From Cyanobacteriota bacterium (lineage in GTDB: Bacteria; Cyanobacteriota; Cyanobacteriia; PCC-6307; Cyanobiaceae), in NCBI GenBank assembly GCA_026389335.1, contig JAPLIB010000091.1:9246-73245 (forward strand): a DNA stretch of 64,000 nucleotides, given 5' to 3'. Below, in pieces: positions 57,691 to 64,000 of the stretch; position 1 is the stretch's first letter; every line of letters begins with the position of its first letter. The notes below the pieces were generated by a model. The model was given only the letters and a program-made list of their open reading frames with translations. It had not been told where the DNA came from and did not search any database. The translations under genes were made by a program, and so were the position numbers.

Positions 57691-58086
57691 GTGGTGGCCA
57701 GATTGGCTTTCGACGGCCCTGCGGCTGTGGAGACCCTCGCCGGCATCGTGATCGGTCTGGTGGCCCTCTTCTCCTCCTATGACCACATCAACCTCCCCGG
57801 TCACGTCCTCCCCCTCCAGCAGCAGTGGGGCGTCTGGCTCATCGCCGTCTCGCTTCCGCTCGTTTTTGCGGATGCTCAATTGGCGGCGCAACCCCGATAC
57901 GGAGAGAGCACTCGGCTTGCTCGACAAGCAGCACGCCATGCTCGATTGGATCGAATCTGAAATCGACTTGATCGAGGCCGACTTGCCTTCGACCTCGACC
58001 CCTCCCCCGCCCATCGACGCCAGCTCCAGCGCCTCCTGAAGCTGCTCGGCAGCCCGGAGTTTCTGAGCCTGCTGGCGGCTGCTTGA
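57691..58086 (+). pseudogene. Second two-TM + coiled-coil hypothetical protein, with internal TGA
   Basis: LAGIVIGLVALFSSYDHI...QQQWGVWLIAVSL...DAQLA; TGA at 57958, same frame continues RGRLAFDLDPSPAHRRQLQRLLKLL to 58086. Confidence 0.6.
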
Positions 58087-58094
58087 AACGCTGT

Positions 58095-59058
58095 TCATAG
58101 CCGCTCGCTCCCGCGGGCCGCAAAGTCCGCCACCGTGCTGGCCAGCCCCTCGGCTAGCCGGATCCGCGCCCGCCAGCCCAACGCCGCCAGCCGGCTCACG
58201 TCCAGCTGCTTCTTCGGGGTGCCATCGGGTTTGCTGGCATCCCAATGGATTTCGCCTCGGAAGCCTGTGGCCGCCGCCACCGCCTCCGCCAGCTCACGGA
58301 TCGTCAGATCCACGCCTGTGCCCACATTCAGAAACTGCAACTCCTCAGGGCCTGGTTGCCAGTGCTCAAAGGCATACACGCAGGCCTCGCCCAGATCATC
58401 CACATGCAGGAATTCCCGTAGCGGCGTGCCGCTGCCCCAGCAGGTGACGCTTGGGGCGTTCGCCTGAGCCGCCTCATGAAAGCGGCGGATCAACGCCGGC
58501 AGTACATGGCTGTTGGTGGGGTGGTAGTTATCCCCAGGCCCGTAGAGGTTCGTGGGCATCAGGCTGATCGCATCAAAGCCGTGCTGCTTCCGCAGTGCCG
58601 CACAGAGCTTGATGCCGGTGATCTTGGCGATCGCGTACCACTCATTGGTGGGCTCCAGCGCCCCCGTGAGCAGCGCTTCCTCGCGGATCGGCTGCTCGGC
58701 GAACTTCGGATAGATGCAGCTGCTCCCCAGAAACAGCAGGCGCCGCACTCCAAAGCGCCAGGCCGTTTCGATCACATGGGTCTGGATCTTGAGGTTCTCC
58801 AGCAGGAAATCAGCTGGGTAGCTGTTGTTGGCCTGGATGCCGCCCACCTTCGCCGCCGCCAGCACCACCACCGTGGGTCGCTGCTCGGCGAACCAGCGCT
58901 GCACGGCCGCCGGGTTGAGCAGATCCAGCTCCTGCCGGGTGGCGGTGAGCTGCTGGCTGTAGCCCGCGCGCTGCAGGGCCCGGCAGATGGCACTGCCCGC
59001 CATGCCCCGGTGGCCGGCCACGAAGAGGCGGTCGGCCGGGGTGATTCAGAGATGCCAT
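58095..59058 (-). CDS. fcl: GDP-L-fucose synthase with a +1 frameshift at codon 4-5
   Basis: [59 protein letters not shown]; ATG at 59058 is out of frame by one A (ATG GCA TCT CTG A ATC ACC). Confidence 0.92.
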
Positions 59059-59163
59059 CAGCCCTGACCTTCTACTTGGTCCAGAGGCGGACTAACATGC
59101 TGGAGGAACTGACGCCTGGATCCGCCCGTGACCGCTTCTCCCCAGCGCACGCTTGCCCAGCGA

Positions 59164-59406
59164 ATGGTGAACGTGCACGAGGCCAAGACCCACTTTTCGC
59201 GTCTGATCGACGCGGCCCATGCAGGGGAAACGATTGTGGTGGCCAAAGGTGGCAAGCCCTGGGCTCGTCTGGTGCCCCTGGAGCAGCGCGCCTCTCGACG
59301 CGTGCCAGGCGTGCTGGCGGGCCGGTTCACCCTGCCGTCACCGGCAGTGCTGCTGGAGGCCCTTCCGGAGGAGGAGCTCGCTGGCTTTGAGCAACCTCTC
59401 CTGTGA
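59164..59406 (+). CDS. Phd/YefM-family antitoxin
   Basis: MVNVHEAKTHFSRLIDAAHAGETIVVAKGGKPWARLVP. Confidence 0.92.
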   Translation: MVNVHEAKTHFSRLIDAAHAGETIVVAKGGKPWARLVPLEQRASRRVPGVLAGRFTLPSPAVLLEALPEEELAGFEQPLL

Positions 59407-59807
59407 CGACAACGGCTGCCTTGGAGCTGTTGCTCGATACCCACGCCCTGCTCTGGTGGCTGGCTGAGCCTGATCGCCTGTCTCCAGCGGCTCAGGCGGC
59501 CATTGCTGAACCTGCCAACGGAGTGCACGTGAGTGCTGCGTCTGGCTGGGAGATCGCCACCAAGGTGCGTCTTGGCAAGCTCCCAGCGGCCAGGGAATTG
59601 CTCGATGATCTGCCCGAGTTGCTTGCAGCCCAAGGGTTTCAGCTGTTGCCGATCACCCTGCAGCACGGCCTCCATGCCGGCAGCTACCCCATGCCCCACC
59701 GCGACCCCTTTGATCGTCTGCTGGCCGCCCAGGCTGAACTGGCCATGCTCACCCTGGTGACCGTGGATCCAGCGCTTCAGGCGTTCCCCTGCCAGCTTCT
59801 CTGGTAG
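59403..59807 (+). CDS. vapC: VapC PIN-domain toxin, apparently intact
   Basis: LLLDTHALLW, SAASGWEIATK, HRDPFDRLLAAQA, VTVDP; 4-nt overlap with the antitoxin. Confidence 0.92.
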   Translation: MTTTAALELLLDTHALLWWLAEPDRLSPAAQAAIAEPANGVHVSAASGWEIATKVRLGKLPAARELLDDLPELLAAQGFQLLPITLQHGLHAGSYPMPHRDPFDRLLAAQAELAMLTLVTVDPALQAFPCQLLW

Positions 59808-59812
59808 CGCCA

Positions 59813-60949
59813 TCAACCCTGGCCTCCTGCTGCCGCAACGGCCGAAGGGTTGGTGGGCGGGTTTTCCATTGAGCCCACCACGTTGAAGCCCTTGAGCCGC
59901 AGGATCGCCTCCTTGCGTGCTTCCTCGCGATCGGTCGCCACCATCTCGGCCACCAGCTGCTCAAGGGTGGTGGTGGGCGTCCAGCCCAGTTTCTCGCGAG
60001 CCTTGGTGGGATCCCCCAGCAGGGTTTCCACCTCCGCCGGGCGGAAGTACCGCGGGTCGATCCGCACCACCACCTCGCCGCTGCTGCGCCGGCCGGTTTC
60101 CTGCACGCCTGTGCCCTCCCATTGCAGGGCCCCCCAGTCCAGTTCCGCGGCCGCCAGCTCAATGAAGCGCCGCACCGATTCCTGCCGCCCTGTGGCGATC
60201 ACGAAATCCTCGGGTGGGCCCTCCTGCTGCAGCATCCGCCATTGCATCTCCACGTAATCCCTGGCGTGGCCCCAATCGCGCCGTGAATCGAGATTGCCCA
60301 TGTAGAGACAATCCCCTAGTCCTTCCTGGATGCGTGCCAGGCCGCGGGTGATCTTGCGCGTGACAAAGGTTTCACCGCGCCTCGGGCTTTCATGGTTAAA
60401 CAGAATTCCGTTGCAGGCATACATGCCATAGGCCTCGCGGTAGTTCACCGTGATCCAGTAGGCATAAAGTTTGGCTACGCCATAGGGGCTGCGTGGATAA
60501 AAGGGCGTGGTTTCCTTCTGGGGGGTTTCCTGCACCAGGCCGTATAGCTCCGAGGTGGAGGCTTGATAGATGCGGGTTTTGTGGGTGAGCCCTAGCAGCC
60601 GCACTGCCTCCAGGATGCGAAGGGTGCCCAGAGCATCACTGTTGGCCGTGTACTCCGGCGCCTCAAAGCTCACCGCCACATGGCTCTGAGCCCCGAGATT
60701 ATAGATTTCATCGGGCTGCACCTGCTCAATGATGCGAATTAGATTGGTGCTATCTGTAAGATCGCCATAGTGGAGCGTCAGCCGCGGATTGCTCTCATGG
60801 GGATCCTGGTAGAGATGGTCAATTCGCGTGGTGTTGAAACTGCTGGCGCGGCGCTTGATGCCATGCACCTGATAACCCTTGTCCAGCAACAGCTCCGCCA
60901 GATAGCTGCCGTCTTGCCCTGTGATACCGGTGATCAGGGCAACAGGCAT
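59813..60949 (-). CDS. gmd: GDP-mannose 4,6-dehydratase
   Basis: [58 protein letters not shown]. Confidence 0.98.
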   Translation of the reverse strand: MPVALITGITGQDGSYLAELLLDKGYQVHGIKRRASSFNTTRIDHLYQDPHESNPRLTLHYGDLTDSTNLIRIIEQVQPDEIYNLGAQSHVAVSFEAPEYTANSDALGTLRILEAVRLLGLTHKTRIYQASTSELYGLVQETPQKETTPFYPRSPYGVAKLYAYWITVNYREAYGMYACNGILFNHESPRRGETFVTRKITRGLARIQEGLGDCLYMGNLDSRRDWGHARDYVEMQWRMLQQEGPPEDFVIATGRQESVRRFIELAAAELDWGALQWEGTGVQETGRRSSGEVVVRIDPRYFRPAEVETLLGDPTKAREKLGWTPTTTLEQLVAEMVATDREEARKEAILRLKGFNVVGSMENPPTNPSAVAAAGGQG

Positions 60950-60997
60950 TCATGCAAATGTTTATTTGTACTAATCTTACCATATCTGTCTCGGTTT

Positions 60998-61567
60998 TCA
61001 ACTGGTTGTACCAATGCAGGCGGGAAGGCCGGAGCTGGCTGTTGAAGGGGTCTTGCTGTTCAGGAGCTGGTGTCCCTGCTGGGCACTTGCCCGTGCCAGC
61101 GCCGCCAGCGCCACACGACAGTTGGCTGTGGCCTCGCCATCAGCAACCGGTGCTGCCAGGGTTTCCCCCGGCGCAAACATCAGGCTCAGCAACACCTGGG
61201 CAGGTGGGGCCGTGGCCAGATGCCGTGCCAGCCCCAGCAGCTGAAATGGCAGCAGGCTGTGGCCCAGCCACGCCCCCACCCGCTCTCCGGAGGCGCTGGC
61301 CTGTTGCAGTTGCTGCTCCATCCGGCGCCCCAGCTGCACCATCCCGCCCAGCTCGCTCCACAGACGCGGGTCTTCGTATCCGCAGCCGCTGAACACCCCC
61401 TGCAGGGGCCGGGGCGCCTCGCTGTCGCCCTCCAGGCGCACATCGGACCACAGTTCAGCTTGCCAGCCGCCACGGTTCAGTTTCGCCAGCAGCGGACGGT
61501 TCACTTCGTCGTGATGGCCGACTGAACTGGCATGAGCTGGATCAACGATCACCAGCCGGCGAGTCAT
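60998..61567 (-). pseudogene. Truncated GT-B-like protein (N-terminal domain only)
   Basis: RLVIVDP....VGHH..VN N-terminus; homology-like sequence stops at about QGHQL and runs into unrelated low-GC DNA. Confidence 0.5.
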
Positions 61568-61657
61568 GACGCCTCTGACAAGACCAATGGTGTCAGGCGC
61601 TGCTTGTCTCTGAGGGTCTGGTTCAGCAGTTGGCTGAGATGTTGATGTCTTGCAGGC

Positions 61658-62959
61658 ATGTCCTCATCCAAGCTGATCAGGGAGGCCTCCCCCTTGGAAG
61701 GTTCGCCACAATCAGTTCATCTTGCGCCGGTGCCATCAGTGCTCTCTCCTCTGACCGATCTGCTTGATCTGGGTCGTCGGGGACAGGGCTGTGAGCTGGA
61801 GAAGCGGGCCCAGGCCGCTCGTCGCGACGCCGGCTGGAATGCCGCCGTTGCTCTGGAGCTGGCCTCTGCCTGGCTGCTGGCCGGCGATCCACGCCAGGCC
61901 GATCTGGCCTACCTGGAGGCCGATCAGCTGGACCCCGCTCTGGCCCTGGTGCCCGATGTCTGGGGCCTCTGGCCTGCACCGGCCGCTTCTGCGGACAGTC
62001 CCCAGCGCCAGGCTGCCCGGCAACTGGCCGAACGTTGGCACGCCTGGCGCCAGCCCGAGGCCCAGGCCCTGTGGCAGCAGATCCTGCCTCGCCTCCAGGC
62101 CGACTGGCACCTGGCCCTCGACCCGGAGGGCAGCGATGCCCTGTTGATTCTCGGCCGTGCCAGTGCCGCCGCCGGTGCCGCACCGCTGGATCCACCGCTG
62201 GAGCCCGCGTTGGCCTGGCTGGTGGCTGATGCCGAGATCGCCGCCGAACCTGCCGCCAGCTGTCGCTACTGGCAGTTGCTGGCCACCATTCGCCCCCAAT
62301 GGGGTCTGGCCCGCATCCGAGCCGCTGATCTGGCTCTGGCTCGCGGCGACCTGGAGAACAGTCGCCGCTGCCTAGCCGATCCGCCGGCGGAAGTCCTCAC
62401 CAATCCCTGGTTTCACGATGTGGCCGCCCGTCATGCCGTACAGCGCGGCGCCGTGGACGACGCCCTCGACGCCTGGGCCGAAGCGATTCGAACCGCCACT
62501 TCCAGCGCCACTTCCAACGACCATGCCAGTGACGATCTGGGCGGGCTGGCCGAGATCTTTGAGCTCCGCCGCCGCGAGGCCCGCCGTGGCCCCGGCGTGC
62601 TGCAGGTGCGCAGCCTGGTCAACCGCGGCCAGCCCGATGCCGCCAGCGCCCTGTTGAAGCGCCTGCTGGCGGATGACCCCCAGTGGCAGCCCCTGCGCAG
62701 CCTGCAGGAGCAACTGCGGCGGGCCTCTCCCGGTCCAACACCGTCCAACCAGGAGCCCCCCTCACGGCTTCCCGATCCGCACCAAAGGGAAGGGTTGTCG
62801 CGGCTTCTTGATCGGGCCACGGTCCGTCTCCAGGCCCTGGGCCAGGCCATCCCCCCGCCGAGGACGGCAGCCGATACGGAGGCTTCGTGCCTGCAGATCG
62901 AGCTTGAGACCATCGCCCTTTGTCTCAGCGACTATGAGGCCCGCTTCGCCCTCGCCTGA
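61658..62959 (+). CDS. TPR-like helical protein, 433 aa
   Basis: ADLAYLEADQLDP, YWQLLATIRPQWGLARIRAADLALARG, ALDAWAEAI, LLKRLLADDPQW. Confidence 0.7.
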   Translation: MSSSKLIREASPLEGSPQSVHLAPVPSVLSPLTDLLDLGRRGQGCELEKRAQAARRDAGWNAAVALELASAWLLAGDPRQADLAYLEADQLDPALALVPDVWGLWPAPAASADSPQRQAARQLAERWHAWRQPEAQALWQQILPRLQADWHLALDPEGSDALLILGRASAAAGAAPLDPPLEPALAWLVADAEIAAEPAASCRYWQLLATIRPQWGLARIRAADLALARGDLENSRRCLADPPAEVLTNPWFHDVAARHAVQRGAVDDALDAWAEAIRTATSSATSNDHASDDLGGLAEIFELRRREARRGPGVLQVRSLVNRGQPDAASALLKRLLADDPQWQPLRSLQEQLRRASPGPTPSNQEPPSRLPDPHQREGLSRLLDRATVRLQALGQAIPPPRTAADTEASCLQIELETIALCLSDYEARFALA

Positions 62960-62977
62960 ATCCAGGATCCCGTCCGC

Positions 62978-63247
62978 TCAGCCCTGCTGTTCCACCCGTT
63001 CCAGCAGAGCCTGGATCAGGGTTTCAGCCCGACGGAGTTGCTCACGCTGGTGGCTCAGCAGTTGCTCCTGCTTCTGGTGCTCCAGAAGATAAATTTCAAC
63101 TTCTTCCTGAACCTGTTGCAGCATCAGCAGGTTGAGCTCCGCTTCATCGCGCACCGTTTCAAGCTGGATGAAGAGGCTGGAAATTTCAGCTTCTTGGTCG
63201 CAGGGGTCGGCTGCGCTGGTTACCCTCGTATTTGTCATCCAAAGCAA
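62978..63247 (-). CDS. Short coiled-coil protein or fragment
   Basis: EAELNLLMLQQVQEEVEIYLLEHQKQEQLL; heptad pattern. Confidence 0.5.
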   Translation of the reverse strand: MLWMTNTRVTSAADPCDQEAEISSLFIQLETVRDEAELNLLMLQQVQEEVEIYLLEHQKQEQLLSHQREQLRRAETLIQALLERVEQQG

Positions 63248-63293
63248 TAATTTTACCTCTGATAACCTATTGCACTCCTGTTGAGGTCCGCCA

Positions 63294-64000
63294 GTGTCAG
63301 GCGCCTTTGTTGCTCCTTCGCCTGCGGCACTGCATGTGGAAATCCAGAGCTTCAGCGATTTCCCCAGCTTTCAGGAGTTCCTCCGCCGCAGCCTGCCCCA
63401 CTGGCCTGCCCAGGTGCAGCAGGCCCTGAGGCTGATCGCTCTCCACGGCATCACCGACCCGATCCTCCACACCGCAGTGCCGGCCGATGCCCTCCGACTG
63501 CTGGGCGGCAACTATCGCGAAACCCTGGAGGCGCACAACTGCCTGTCGCGCCATCGAGCCGTGCTGCTGATGCTCCAGCATCTGATGGACGCCGATGCGA
63601 TTCCGCCCCGGCAGCAGCTGGAGCTCTATTGCCCTGAAAGCGTTACCGGCTTCGCGTCCTTGCTGCGCCAGCATTTCCCCCATTCGATGGGCAGTGAATA
63701 CCTGCCTGATCCTGCCGACCCCCAGCGCCAGCACTACCCCCACCAAGACCTTTGCGCCCTCACCCTGGGCGATGACTGTGTCGATGTGGTGGTGTGCAAT
63801 GAACTGTTTGAGCACCTTTACGACCTTCCGGCTGCTCTTGCGGAAATCGCCCGCATCCTTCGCCCTGGTGGTCGCTTGGTCGCCACTTTTCCCTTTGCTT
63901 ACGACCGCTACGACACCATTGTGAAGGCACGACACCGTCCCAGTGCCACTCCTGGCGTGGCAGCCGAAGCCGAACTTCTCTGCGACCCCGAATATCACGG
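63294..64000 (+). CDS. Class I SAM methyltransferase, runs off the window end (not in ORF track)
   Basis: Manual translation: ...HQDLCALTLGDDCVDVVVCNELFEHLYDLPAALAEIARILRPGGRLVATFPF. Confidence 0.85.
   Translation, partial: MSGAFVAPSPAALHVEIQSFSDFPSFQEFLRRSLPHWPAQVQQALRLIALHGITDPILHTAVPADALRLLGGNYRETLEAHNCLSRHRAVLLMLQHLMDADAIPPRQQLELYCPESVTGFASLLRQHFPHSMGSEYLPDPADPQRQHYPHQDLCALTLGDDCVDVVVCNELFEHLYDLPAALAEIARILRPGGRLVATFPFAYDRYDTIVKARHRPSATPGVAAEAELLCDPEYH

Larger units (their letters stand above)
59054..59831. repeat. Imperfect 23-bp direct repeats (59054-59076 and 59809-59831) bracketing the phd-vapC pair
   Basis: GCCATCAGCCCTGACCTTCTACT vs GCCATCAACCCTGGCCTCCTGCT, 19/23 identical; each encodes xGQG* overlapping an ATG on the minus strand. 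Confidence 0.85.

Overview
GC-rich picocyanobacterial (Cyanobium/Synechococcus-like) chromosome segment. Bases 1-13.8 kb are core genes: a SAM methyltransferase (partial), apcE-apcA-apcB-apcC (phycobilisome core), ftsW, ccdA, ccs1, queF, glnB, tlyA and purB. From about 14 kb to the end is a mosaic cell-surface glycan island. It holds a dozen or so GT2/GT4/GT61-type glycosyltransferases, a WcbI-domain fusion, two unrelated sulfotransferases, an ABC exporter and many TPR proteins. It also holds a type I secretion set (PPIase, cNMP/C39-like ABC transporter, HlyD) with a small RTX protein, a low-GC insert (decayed IS5 and IS1595, HpsJ-like, PEP-CTERM-like and beta-rich proteins) and gmd/fcl. The most striking structure is at 54.4-59.8 kb. 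Four type II toxin-antitoxin pairs plus remnants are packed among broken nucleotide-sugar genes, with no transposase or integrase next to them. At least two TA blocks are bracketed by diverged direct repeats copied from the sugar genes: a duplicated gmd-stop/fcl-start junction and a duplicated ugd SFxVLxxPEFL segment. No rRNA, tRNA, CRISPR array or reverse transcriptase was seen. Family assignments come from motif recognition by eye, not database searches.
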